Of a stretch of 64,000 bases of DNA, positions 9,463 through 18,653 are shown one piece after another. The position numbers and the translations under genes are program-made. Location of the stretch: contig CACIQL010000001.1 of the NCBI GenBank assembly GCA_902588785.1, forward strand, positions 85,427 to 149,426, written 5' to 3'. The stretch is from an uncultured Pelagibacteraceae bacterium (GTDB lineage Bacteria; Pseudomonadota; Alphaproteobacteria; Pelagibacterales; AG-422-B15). Each line of letters starts with the position of its first letter. The stretch's first letter is position 1. The notes beneath the pieces were generated by a model, which saw only the letters and a program-made list of their open reading frames with translations, was not told where the DNA came from and ran no database searches.

Positions 9463-10119
9463 ATGAAAAACATCAACATTCAGGATCTATCAAGAAAAAT
9501 CCCCATATTTCCATTAACTGGAGCAGTTCTTTTTCCAGGGACACAACTGCCCTTAAACATCTTTGAGCCACGCTATGTTCAAATGATAGATGATGCTCTT
9601 GCTAGCCCCGGGAGACTTTTAGGCATGATACAGCCTGCTTCACAAAATCAGGAGGCTGGAAACAAATCTCTAAAAAAAGTTGGATGTGTTGGTCGCATCT
9701 CCTCATTTAACGAGGCAGAGGACAGTCGGTATTTAATTACATTATCAGGCGTTGTAAGATTCAAAGTTGATGAGGAATTGGATGTAACTACTCCTTACAG
9801 ACAGGTTCTAGCTAACTACGATAGCTTTAAGACTGATACTGAGAGTCAAAATAGTGATAGCATTGACCGTTCAAAACTTCTGGCCTTAGTTAAACGGTAT
9901 CTAGAACACAGAAAAATATTAGCTGACTGGGAAATAATTAAACAAACTCCAACTGAGCAATTAATAAATTATTCAGGAATATTGGTTCCTTTCACTCCAG
10001 AAGAAAAACAGCTTCTTCTTGAAGCAAAAACATTGATCACAAGAGGTCACGCACTTGAGGCACTCTATCAATCTTATATCTTCGATCTTTCTGGAGAAAA
10101 AAGCGACCAGCTCCATTAA
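9463..10119 (+). CDS. LON substrate-binding (LonN/PUA-like) domain protein
   Basis: IPIFPLTGAVLFPGTQLPLNIFEPRY is the typical LON N-terminal domain start. The ATG at 9463 is preferred over the upstream extension, which abuts the tRNA. Confidence 0.8.
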   Translation: MKNINIQDLSRKIPIFPLTGAVLFPGTQLPLNIFEPRYVQMIDDALASPGRLLGMIQPASQNQEAGNKSLKKVGCVGRISSFNEAEDSRYLITLSGVVRFKVDEELDVTTPYRQVLANYDSFKTDTESQNSDSIDRSKLLALVKRYLEHRKILADWEIIKQTPTEQLINYSGILVPFTPEEKQLLLEAKTLITRGHALEALYQSYIFDLSGEKSDQLH

Positions 10120-11288
10120 AGAGCTTTATAAAAATCCTCACCTGTAGCACTTCTAATAAAAAGCTGTTTAAGATTTTTAATCTTTTCAACTAAACCCAAA
10201 CCTGTTCGGGCTGTATAATTTACAAAGTTGTTATTACTAGAAAATATGTCATCAAGTAAAAATGTACCAAATGAATAGACTGTGTTATCAATTTTTCTTT
10301 TTGTTTCAAACTCTTCCAAAACCATTTGATCATTCAGCCTATAGCCTAAAGATTTATATTTTTTAATTTGGTTTACAAAAACAGCTATATCTTTGATGCT
10401 TAAATTAAGTCCTTGGCCAGCAATAGGATGTATATTGTGAGCAATATTGCCTAGCAGTACTGTATTTTTGTACACAAGATTTTTGGCATAGACAAATTGG
10501 AGCTGATGTTTTTCATTGCTTATCATTTTAATTGAAGAAACCTGTTCACTCAGGTGCTTAGTGATAATTTGCAAAAGCTCTTCATCATTTTTGTGTAATA
10601 ATTTTGATCCTCTTTTTAATGACCAAACAATAGAAGCTTCATTCTTTGAATAAGGTAATAGAGCTAAAGGTCCATCGGAGGTAAATTTTTGAAATGCACA
10701 ATTTGCATTTTTAATATCACCTTCAACATTTATGGATAAGGCATCCTTTTCTAAGTCTTTTTTAATAAAATCAACATTTATATGATCAGTAATATTATTT
10801 TTTGTTGATGATAATATAAATAAATCAGTGTCTATTTCTTCTCCGTTATTAAGTTTAAGTTTAATTCCATCTTTTTTATTTTCAACCATGGAGGGATAGC
10901 TTCCATGAATAATATTTATATTGCTTAACTGTCCTATGTCTTGATCTAAGTATTTTTCTAAGTCTGTATTTTTTACAATTTTTCCAAGATTTTGCTTTTC
11001 TCCATCATTAAAAGTTATGGACTGAGGTTTGTTTCCTCTGAGGCTACTTAATTCACAGTGTATAGAGTCAATTTCAGGGTGTTCCTCAAATAGCTTTATG
11101 TTTGGGAACATGGAAGAGAGATAATTAAGCGATCCTCTAGATAAAAATGTGACAAGGTTAGTATTAGATATTTCTTGCTTTAGATCTTTATCTGAAATTA
11201 GACAGACTGAAAATCCATTTCTGGCTAAAAGGCATGATGCGATTTTAGCTGAAATACCGAACCCAAATATAGTAAATTCATATTTCAT
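10116..11288 (-). CDS. FAD-dependent monooxygenase, UbiH/UbiF/COQ6 family (ubiquinone biosynthesis hydroxylase)
   Basis: 390 aa. N-terminal dinucleotide-binding fold (IFGFGISAKIASCLLARNG) and NIAHNIHPIAGQGLNLSIKD, the conserved UbiH-family motif. Confidence 0.8.
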   Translation of the reverse strand: MKYEFTIFGFGISAKIASCLLARNGFSVCLISDKDLKQEISNTNLVTFLSRGSLNYLSSMFPNIKLFEEHPEIDSIHCELSSLRGNKPQSITFNDGEKQNLGKIVKNTDLEKYLDQDIGQLSNINIIHGSYPSMVENKKDGIKLKLNNGEEIDTDLFILSSTKNNITDHINVDFIKKDLEKDALSINVEGDIKNANCAFQKFTSDGPLALLPYSKNEASIVWSLKRGSKLLHKNDEELLQIITKHLSEQVSSIKMISNEKHQLQFVYAKNLVYKNTVLLGNIAHNIHPIAGQGLNLSIKDIAVFVNQIKKYKSLGYRLNDQMVLEEFETKRKIDNTVYSFGTFLLDDIFSSNNNFVNYTARTGLGLVEKIKNLKQLFIRSATGEDFYKAL

Positions 11289-11394
11289 TTATTATTTGAA
11301 TAATTTAGTCAGTTAATTGTTTAAGAAACTATATAATAACAAGATGAATCAAATACTAATAGAATCTCAATATTTTTATTTTATTTGTTAAATA

Positions 11395-13671
11395 ATGAAG
11401 CTTTTACCTGACTCCATTAAACTTTTTTTATTCAATCGGTTACTTGAAATAAGCGGTGTTGCGTCAATATTATTAAGTGCATTCATACTCATATCAATAG
11501 TAAGTTATTCAGCTTTTGACCCTAGTATTCTAAATCTTAACAACTATGAGGTAAAAAATATCGGTGGATATATTGGAGCAAACGTATCCGAAGTACTAAT
11601 ACAATTTTTTGGATATAGCAGCTTTCTCATTTGCATTGTACTGATCAGCTGGGCGTACAAACTTTTTTTTTCTAAAAACTTAGAACTGTTTGTACTTAAT
11701 TTTTTATTATTACCGATCACAATTTATTTACTTGCTCTTTTTTTTGAAGCGGTAGGCATGCCGATATCAAATGGATTTATAGCGACACAATCACTGATGT
11801 TTGTCAATGAAACTAATTTACTGACTAGCGTTTATTTGCATTATTTATTCGTCACAATTATTTTTATTTTTTTTCTAACGTCATTTTACTTCACAATGGG
11901 TTTAAATTTAAATGAATGGAACAAGTTTTTAAAAGTTGTATCACAATTGATAAAAATCTTAGTAGTTTATGTTGGAAAAATAGTGAGCCTGGTTAATGCA
12001 AATCTCTTTAAAAATACGGTTCAAAAAATTTCATCCGGAAGCACTTTCAACAATAAAAACCTTGAGCCTAAAATTGATTTCGAGTCATTAAAAAATGAAC
12101 CGGTTTCAACTTATGGTAATGAAGTAGCTAATGATACAACGGTGAGTCAGCAAGACGAAATAGTCTTTGATGTAGAATCATATAAAGCGCCAGATATAAA
12201 TTTTTTATCTAAACCCGAAATAAATAAAGATAATGCCGTCAATCATGATGAGCTTAAAATAAACGCTGAAAAGCTAAAAAATGTTTTGACTGATTTTAAG
12301 ATTGACGGAGAAATTATTGCAGTTTCACCTGGCCCAATAGTCACCATGTATGAACTACAACCAGCACCAGGAATTAAGGCCTCAAAAATAATTTCATTAT
12401 CGGATGATATAGCAAGAAATATGAGTGCGATGTCAGCTCGTGTTGCAATCATTCCAGGTAAAAATGTCATTGGGATCGAAATACCAAATGCCATTAAGAA
12501 TCCTGTTTATCTGAGTGAGCTTTTCAAAAATGAACAGTTTGTAAATAACGAAAAAAATTTAATTTTAGCTCTTGGTAAAGACATTAGTGGCAATGCTAAA
12601 TTTGCTAATTTAGAAAATATGCCGCACCTTCTTATTGCTGGAACAACAGGTTCTGGAAAATCTGTAGGAATAAATGTAATGATTACTTCAATCCTTTACA
12701 AACATTCTCCTGAGGACTGCAAATTCATATTAATTGATCCAAAGATGCTTGAATTGTCAGTATATGAAGGTGTTCCTCATCTAATCACTCCAGTTGTGAC
12801 TGATCCAAAAAAAGCAATTGTTGCACTTAAATGGGTCGTTAGAGAAATGGAATCTCGATACAAAAAAATGTCCTTATTAGGTGTTAGAAATATTGAAAAC
12901 TATAATCAGAGAATTGCTGAAGCCATCAAAAATTCAGAAAAGATAGTGAGATCAATCCCATCTGGAATAAACCCAGAAACTGGACAACCAACAACTACAC
13001 AAATTGAAATCGAAAATAAGAAAATGCCTTTCATTGTTGTTGTTGTTGATGAAATGGCCGACTTGATGATGGTTGCAGGAAAGGAAATTGAACACGCAAT
13101 TCAAAGACTATCACAAATGGCAAGAGCCGCGGGTATTCATTTAATTATGGCTACTCAAAGACCAAGTGTTGATGTGATTACGGGAACTATTAAAGCTAAT
13201 TTTCCAAGTAGAATTAGTTTTCAAGTAAGCTCGAAGTTTGATAGTCGTACCATTCTTGGTGATGAGGGAGCTGAGAGACTGTTAGGTAAAGGAGATATGT
13301 TAATGATGACTGCTGGTGGAATTACATCAAGAATACATGGTCCATTTATATCAGATCAAGAGATAGAGAATATTGTTCGTGCACTTCAAAAGCAAGGTAA
13401 TCCCGAGTATGACGAAGAAATATTAAAAGAAGAAGAAATTGATAATGATCTTGGAATAGTCTCTGAAGGTGATCACGATAATCTACTTCAGGACTCTCTG
13501 GATATTATAAAAAAAGAAGGTAAAGCATCTACAAGCCTTTTACAGAGAAAACTACAAATTGGATATAATCGTGCAGCAAGAATAATGGATCAACTTGAAG
13601 AAAGTGGATATATTAGTGCCGCAAATCATGTAGGTAAGAGGGAAATTAATTTTGATAAATTTAATTCCTGA
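11395..13671 (+). CDS. ftsK: DNA translocase FtsK
   Basis: 758 aa. N-terminal TM segments, Walker A GTTGSGKSV, DEMADLMM, and a C-terminal gamma winged helix (LQRKLQIGYNRAARIMDQLE). Confidence 0.95.
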   Translation: MKLLPDSIKLFLFNRLLEISGVASILLSAFILISIVSYSAFDPSILNLNNYEVKNIGGYIGANVSEVLIQFFGYSSFLICIVLISWAYKLFFSKNLELFVLNFLLLPITIYLLALFFEAVGMPISNGFIATQSLMFVNETNLLTSVYLHYLFVTIIFIFFLTSFYFTMGLNLNEWNKFLKVVSQLIKILVVYVGKIVSLVNANLFKNTVQKISSGSTFNNKNLEPKIDFESLKNEPVSTYGNEVANDTTVSQQDEIVFDVESYKAPDINFLSKPEINKDNAVNHDELKINAEKLKNVLTDFKIDGEIIAVSPGPIVTMYELQPAPGIKASKIISLSDDIARNMSAMSARVAIIPGKNVIGIEIPNAIKNPVYLSELFKNEQFVNNEKNLILALGKDISGNAKFANLENMPHLLIAGTTGSGKSVGINVMITSILYKHSPEDCKFILIDPKMLELSVYEGVPHLITPVVTDPKKAIVALKWVVREMESRYKKMSLLGVRNIENYNQRIAEAIKNSEKIVRSIPSGINPETGQPTTTQIEIENKKMPFIVVVVDEMADLMMVAGKEIEHAIQRLSQMARAAGIHLIMATQRPSVDVITGTIKANFPSRISFQVSSKFDSRTILGDEGAERLLGKGDMLMMTAGGITSRIHGPFISDQEIENIVRALQKQGNPEYDEEILKEEEIDNDLGIVSEGDHDNLLQDSLDIIKKEGKASTSLLQRKLQIGYNRAARIMDQLEESGYISAANHVGKREINFDKFNS

Positions 13672-14240
13672 TGAAGTCATTTGTTTTAGTCATCTTCCTA
13701 TTTTTTTTTATTGTCAATAATTCTTCATCTAATCCAATTGTTACAGGCATAGAAGATAATTGGAATGAAATAAAATCAATGTCGGGTCAATTTGAACAAA
13801 TTGATCAAGAGGGAAATATTTTTAATGGACAATTTTTTTTCTTAAAACCTTTTAAATCAAAGTTCATATATGATGGTAGAAAAGAGGACATCATCACAAA
13901 TAAAAGTTTGATGGTTGTGGTAGATAAGGAAAGTTATCAAATTGATAGTTTCCCTATTGGTGACAGTATTTTGAAAAAACTTTTATCGGAAGATATCCTA
14001 ATAGAGAACGAATTCGATATCATATCGCTGACAGATGAAAATAGTTTTTATCATCTGTTTCTTAAAGTTAAAGACGACAAGTCTGATAATCAAATCAAAT
14101 TTGTATTTGATCGAGACTCTTTAGATCTCAAAAAATGGGAAATTTATGATGAATTTGGCAATAAAACTGTTTTTAAGTTTACAAAAATAAAAAAAAATAT
14201 ATTTATAAGCCAGAATTTATTCGTGGTTAAATATAATTAA
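13671..14240 (+). CDS. lolA: outer-membrane lipoprotein carrier protein LolA-like
   Basis: 189 aa with a signal peptide and LolA-like pattern (G.FEQ...G.FF..KP.KF...). Conserved ftsK-lolA adjacency. Confidence 0.7.
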   Translation: MKSFVLVIFLFFFIVNNSSSNPIVTGIEDNWNEIKSMSGQFEQIDQEGNIFNGQFFFLKPFKSKFIYDGRKEDIITNKSLMVVVDKESYQIDSFPIGDSILKKLLSEDILIENEFDIISLTDENSFYHLFLKVKDDKSDNQIKFVFDRDSLDLKKWEIYDEFGNKTVFKFTKIKKNIFISQNLFVVKYN

Positions 14241-14275
14241 GCCACAGGCAGGTTTTATAAAATATTTCAATAGCA

Positions 14276-15634
14276 ATGACGGTTAGTTCAAACAGTGAGC
14301 TCAAGCAATGGCTTGAGTCAAATAGAATATCTGAAGTAGAATGTATTTTTCCTGATATGGCAGGATCATCAAAGGGAAAAATTCTTCCTGTTCAAAGATT
14401 TTTAAAATCTATAGAAGACCAGAGTCTCAAGCTCGCTGACTCGGTTTTTGGTCAAACAGTTTCTGGTAAATGGGTCTATGAGAGTGAAGTGATTGATTAT
14501 GTCGAGGAAGATTTGTTTATGTCTCCTGACCTTTCAACTTTGAGAAAAATACCTTGGAACAAAGAACCAACTGCACAAATTATTTGCGATCTTAAATATG
14601 GTACCGGTGAAGCATCAGAAATCGCGCCGCGCCAGGTTTTAATAAATATTATTGAATTATTAAAAGAAGAAAATTTAAAAGCGATTGTTGCACCTGAATT
14701 AGAATTTTATCTATGTGAGCAAAATCTTGATCCTGATTTACCTTTAAAAACACCAGTTGGAAAGTCTGGTCGAAGAGAAACTGGCAGCCGTGTCTTTGGA
14801 ATAGATGCGGTCAATGAGTTTGATGCTTTAACGGACGATATTTACGATTATTGCGAGCTGATGGAGATAGGGGTGGATACACTTGTGCATGAGTCTGGTC
14901 CTTCTCAAATAGAAATAAATCTAAATCATGGTGATCCTCTAGCGCTTGCAGACCAAGCGTTCATGTTTAAAAGAGCAGTCAGACAAGTTGCATTAAAGCA
15001 TGGCATTCACGCAACATTTATGGCAAAGCCGTATCAGGGTCAGCCTGGAAGTTCAATGCACATTCACCAAAATCTGGTTTCAATTAAGACAAATAAAAAT
15101 CTTTTTAGTGATCAAGAAGGAAATAATTCAAAAGAATTTTTGAATTATATAGGAGGTCTCCAGACATATTTACCAGATGCAATGCTCTTATTTGCACCTT
15201 ATGTTAATTCATACAGACGATTTGTCATTGATGCCTCAGCTCCAATTAATACCCACTGGGGTATCGAAAATAGAACCGTTGCTTTTAGGGTTCCAACATC
15301 ATCACCTGATTCAAGAAGAATAGAAAACAGAATACCTGGCGCGGACACAAATCCTTATCTCGCCCTTGCTGCATCACTTGCGTGCGGGTATCTAGGATTA
15401 AAAGAAAAATTAGAGCCAGAAAAACCCACTGCAGGAGATGCATTTGAAAGACGGCATAATATTCCAAAATATCTTCCTGATGCATTAAAACGTTTAAAGG
15501 TGAGTAATGAATTATCTGAAACGTTAGGGAAAGAATTTGTTACGCTTTTTACAGAAATTAAACAAACAGAACATGATGCTTATCAAAATGTCATCAGTGC
15601 ATGGGAGCGGGAGCATTTATTGCTCAATGTTTAA
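14276..15634 (+). CDS. glutamine synthetase family protein (gamma-glutamyl-amine ligase, PuuA/GmaS-like)
   Basis: 452 aa with GS catalytic-domain motifs PELEFY, HESGPSQIEINL, GSSMHIHQ, NSYRR, and RIENRIPGADTNPYLA. Substrate not assignable by eye. Confidence 0.85.
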   Translation: MTVSSNSELKQWLESNRISEVECIFPDMAGSSKGKILPVQRFLKSIEDQSLKLADSVFGQTVSGKWVYESEVIDYVEEDLFMSPDLSTLRKIPWNKEPTAQIICDLKYGTGEASEIAPRQVLINIIELLKEENLKAIVAPELEFYLCEQNLDPDLPLKTPVGKSGRRETGSRVFGIDAVNEFDALTDDIYDYCELMEIGVDTLVHESGPSQIEINLNHGDPLALADQAFMFKRAVRQVALKHGIHATFMAKPYQGQPGSSMHIHQNLVSIKTNKNLFSDQEGNNSKEFLNYIGGLQTYLPDAMLLFAPYVNSYRRFVIDASAPINTHWGIENRTVAFRVPTSSPDSRRIENRIPGADTNPYLALAASLACGYLGLKEKLEPEKPTAGDAFERRHNIPKYLPDALKRLKVSNELSETLGKEFVTLFTEIKQTEHDAYQNVISAWEREHLLLNV

Positions 15635-15635
15635 T

Positions 15636-16295
15636 TTACAATAGCTTTTTGTTTAAAAAGTAGCCTTTGTTATCTTCAAAAACAATCAGATCTTTAAGTA
15701 AAAGATTTTTCTCGATTTTTTTTCTTAAGGAATATATGTGAGTTTCAAGCGTATGCGTATCTATATCTTCATTATAACTCCATACTTTCTTTAACAGGTT
15801 TTTTTTTGAAATATGAGTATTATTTTCATCTAAGAGGCTGTTGAAAATTTGAGATTCTTTTTCTGTAAATCTTAAATAAAGATTATCGTTAGAGAGAGTT
15901 CTCATGCTTGGGTCATAAGTGAATGTATTAAAATTTAATTTTTGTGCAGTTTGTGAATTGATTTGATCTAAGCTATAAGAAACTCTTTGATATAGATCTC
16001 TGATTTGCAGCGGTATACTTAACCGAACGATGTTACTATTTATTTTATCCGTTTCTAATGCATCATTATTGCAATTAATTATAAAAATCGTATCAAATTT
16101 GATTACGTGGGATAATTCTTTTAATGCAAATTCATCATCCGTAATTAAAATACTTTCATTATTTTTGTTTAAGTCATTTTTGTTGGTAAGTTGAAATTCT
16201 AAATTGCCAAAAATATTGTTGAACTCAATTATTTCAGAAATAATGAGCCTTAATTTATCATTTTCAAGTGTGATTGGGATTATTCTTTTTTCCAT
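15636..16295 (-). CDS. OmpR/PhoB-type winged-helix transcriptional regulator with degenerate receiver-like N-terminus
   Basis: 219 aa. The C-terminus (LRFTEKESQIFNSLL...KKVWSYNEDIDTHTLETHIYSLRKKIE) is a typical trans_reg_C domain. The N-terminal approx 120 aa lacks the acidic pair after beta1. Confidence 0.7.
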   Translation of the reverse strand: MEKRIIPITLENDKLRLIISEIIEFNNIFGNLEFQLTNKNDLNKNNESILITDDEFALKELSHVIKFDTIFIINCNNDALETDKINSNIVRLSIPLQIRDLYQRVSYSLDQINSQTAQKLNFNTFTYDPSMRTLSNDNLYLRFTEKESQIFNSLLDENNTHISKKNLLKKVWSYNEDIDTHTLETHIYSLRKKIEKNLLLKDLIVFEDNKGYFLNKKLL

Positions 16296-16320
16296 CTTCT
16301 ATATGATTATAATATAGATT

Positions 16321-16815
16321 GTGAATTTATTAGTACAAAATAATTATCTTCATTCTGATCTAGGTCGATTTGCTTGTGCAATAGGCCGTGCAGGTCTTAC
16401 GACAAATAAAATTGAGGGTGATCATAAGACACCTATCGGTGAATTTAAATTTCAAAAAATTTATTATAGAAAAGATAAATTGGGAGAATTTTCCTTCAAG
16501 ATACCTTTTGCGGTAATTCAAAAAAATGATGGTTGGTGTGACGATCCAAAAAGTAAACTATACAATCAACATATCAAATTTCCTTTTGATGCAAGTGCTG
16601 AGAAATTATTCAGAGATGATGATCTTTATGATCTACTATGTGTAATCAATCATAATACTGACCCAATTATACCAGGAAAAGGAAGTGCGATTTTTTTACA
16701 TATTAGCAAACCAAATTTTGAGGGAACGGAAGGATGCGTAGCAATAGAAAAAGAAAATATTATTGAATTAGCAAAAAAGATAGATGAAACAACAGAGCTA
16801 ATTATAAAAGATTAG
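16321..16815 (+). CDS. L,D-transpeptidase catalytic-fold (YkuD-like) protein without signal peptide
   Basis: 164 aa with GTG start. GSAIFLHISKPNFEGTEGCVAI matches the YkuD H...G(S/T)xGC active-site motif. No N-terminal hydrophobic segment. Confidence 0.7.
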   Translation: MNLLVQNNYLHSDLGRFACAIGRAGLTTNKIEGDHKTPIGEFKFQKIYYRKDKLGEFSFKIPFAVIQKNDGWCDDPKSKLYNQHIKFPFDASAEKLFRDDDLYDLLCVINHNTDPIIPGKGSAIFLHISKPNFEGTEGCVAIEKENIIELAKKIDETTELIIKD

Positions 16816-17465
16816 CTTCGCTCACCAAAAATATGGGTGCCAATTCTTATGTGAGTGGCACCGCACTCTAAGGCAACTTGATAATCTCCTGACATACCCA
16901 TGCTTAAACAATTTAAATTAAATTTTTTTCCTAGATCTGCCAACTTTAAAAAATGTGTTCTTGGGTCTTCATTAATTGGAGGTAAGCACATTAATCCAGC
17001 AATGTTTAAATCGTAGTTAGATTTACAATCAGAAATAAACTCATCTGCTTCATTTAATAAAACCCCTGATTTTTGTGACTCATTTCCTGTATTAATTTGT
17101 ATAAAATATTTTCGTTTGATATTGTATGATGTTTCAAGCTCAGCAAATTTCTTCACTATTTTTTTTCGATCAATTGAATGAATAACTTCACAATGTTTTA
17201 GAATTTGTTCAACTTTTCTACTTTGAATACTGCCAATAAAATGCAGATTAATATTTGAATTAAGTTTTTTTAAATCAGGCCACTTACTCTCAATTTCTTG
17301 TATTTGGTTTTCTCCAAATGATTGGTGGCCCTCATTGATTACCTTTTGTATATCTGTAGCTGACTTTTTTTTACTAACAGCTATCAATTCAATATCTTGA
17401 GAGTTTCTGTTAGCGCTTCTTAGAGATAACTCTAAACTGCTTAAAAAATTTTTATATCTACTCAT
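16812..17465 (-). CDS. yggS: YggS-family pyridoxal-phosphate homeostasis protein
   Basis: 217 aa with LIAVSKKK (PLP lysine), FGENQIQE, HFIGSIQSRK, and IRIGTHIFG. Confidence 0.9.
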   Translation of the reverse strand: MSRYKNFLSSLELSLRSANRNSQDIELIAVSKKKSATDIQKVINEGHQSFGENQIQEIESKWPDLKKLNSNINLHFIGSIQSRKVEQILKHCEVIHSIDRKKIVKKFAELETSYNIKRKYFIQINTGNESQKSGVLLNEADEFISDCKSNYDLNIAGLMCLPPINEDPRTHFLKLADLGKKFNLNCLSMGMSGDYQVALECGATHIRIGTHIFGERS

Positions 17466-17500
17466 AAAAAAAATGCCCTACAAATTAATGTAGGGCATTT
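17466..17500 (-). terminator. Rho-independent terminator downstream of the porin gene
   Basis: Perfect 10-bp stem ATGCCCTACA (17473-17482) / TGTAGGGCAT (17489-17498) with a 6-nt loop. On the minus strand it is followed by a run of 7 U (17466-17472). Confidence 0.75.
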
Positions 17501-17526
17501 TAAATCATAAACTAATAATTAGATGA

Positions 17527-18420
17527 TTAGAATCCAACTACATAGTTAAATGTCCACTTGTCAGTGTCATTGGTTGTACCACCAGCTTCATCTGTTTCAA
17601 GGTAATCAATACCGAAAGAAGCGGCACCCATTCCTTTATTAACAGATACTCTCATGTAATCAGTGTCAGTAGTGAAATCTCTGTCAGCGAACTGAACACC
17701 TACGTCCATTCCAGCTACAGATGTACCTACACCCATGTGAGTTTCTTCAGAACCGTCGTCTGAGTCATACATTGCATAACCTAGGTTTAGGCCAGCTATT
17801 GAATAACCAACAGTCATGAAGTTTGGATCCTTATCCTGAGTTGCTGCAGCTTTGTAATCAATTTGAGATACACCAGCTTTAATTGTTGCACCCATTAGAG
17901 TTGTACTAGCAGCATAAGACATTACTGGATCGATAGTTGCAGATTCCATACCTCTAGTGATGTGGAAGTTTACGCCACCCATAGAGTTTTTGTATGCAAT
18001 TGAGTTTCCTGACTCTGCATCACCGTCACTGTAAATACCAGTTCCGCCGCCTTTACCACTGAACGCTACGTTCCAGCAGTTTACAAGTGAGAAACAAGCT
18101 GGGTTCGAGTCGTTTTTATCAGCAGCAGCATCTTGGCCAAGACCTAAACCAATTGTACCCATACCAGTGTCGAATCCAATTGAAGTCTTAATTCCAGCTG
18201 CAGTTACAGACATAGTTAGGCCAACGCCCATACCGTTATCCATAGAGTCGCTGTAAGATACATAGATAGAGTTTGTAGAGAAAGATGATGCTAATCCACC
18301 ACCGTCATTATCTGTCAATGTACCAGTAAACAAACCGTTAATAGACATTTCAGCGTTAGCTGCACCAGCAGCCATTACTGAAGCTATAGCGGTTGCTCCG
18401 ATTAATTTTGATCTATTCAT
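17527..18420 (-). CDS. outer-membrane porin-like beta-barrel protein
   Basis: Signal peptide MNRSKLIGATAIASVMAAGAANA. Gly/Ser/Thr/Asp-rich alternating pattern and a C-terminal ...NYVVGF aromatic terminus. An AGGAA RBS lies 5 nt upstream of the ATG at 18420. GC content is visibly higher than in the neighbours. Confidence 0.75.
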   Translation of the reverse strand: MNRSKLIGATAIASVMAAGAANAEMSINGLFTGTLTDNDGGGLASSFSTNSIYVSYSDSMDNGMGVGLTMSVTAAGIKTSIGFDTGMGTIGLGLGQDAAADKNDSNPACFSLVNCWNVAFSGKGGGTGIYSDGDAESGNSIAYKNSMGGVNFHITRGMESATIDPVMSYAASTTLMGATIKAGVSQIDYKAAATQDKDPNFMTVGYSIAGLNLGYAMYDSDDGSEETHMGVGTSVAGMDVGVQFADRDFTTDTDYMRVSVNKGMGAASFGIDYLETDEAGGTTNDTDKWTFNYVVGF

Positions 18421-18653
18421 AAAATTTCCTTTCATATGATAATTGATCATAGTTAAATTTAACTAGCTCTCTTTTATCAAAAATAATGTTATTTTTTAAA
18501 GATATTTTCATAAATACCACATTTTTGTTTTTAAGTGTGATATTATTGCAACAATCAAATTTTGTTGAAAAAATAAGAAAAATGGATAAATTTCAATTTT
18601 TAGTATAAACATTGTGTATAAATAAAAAATACACTCAGTTTCATTTAAAAGTT

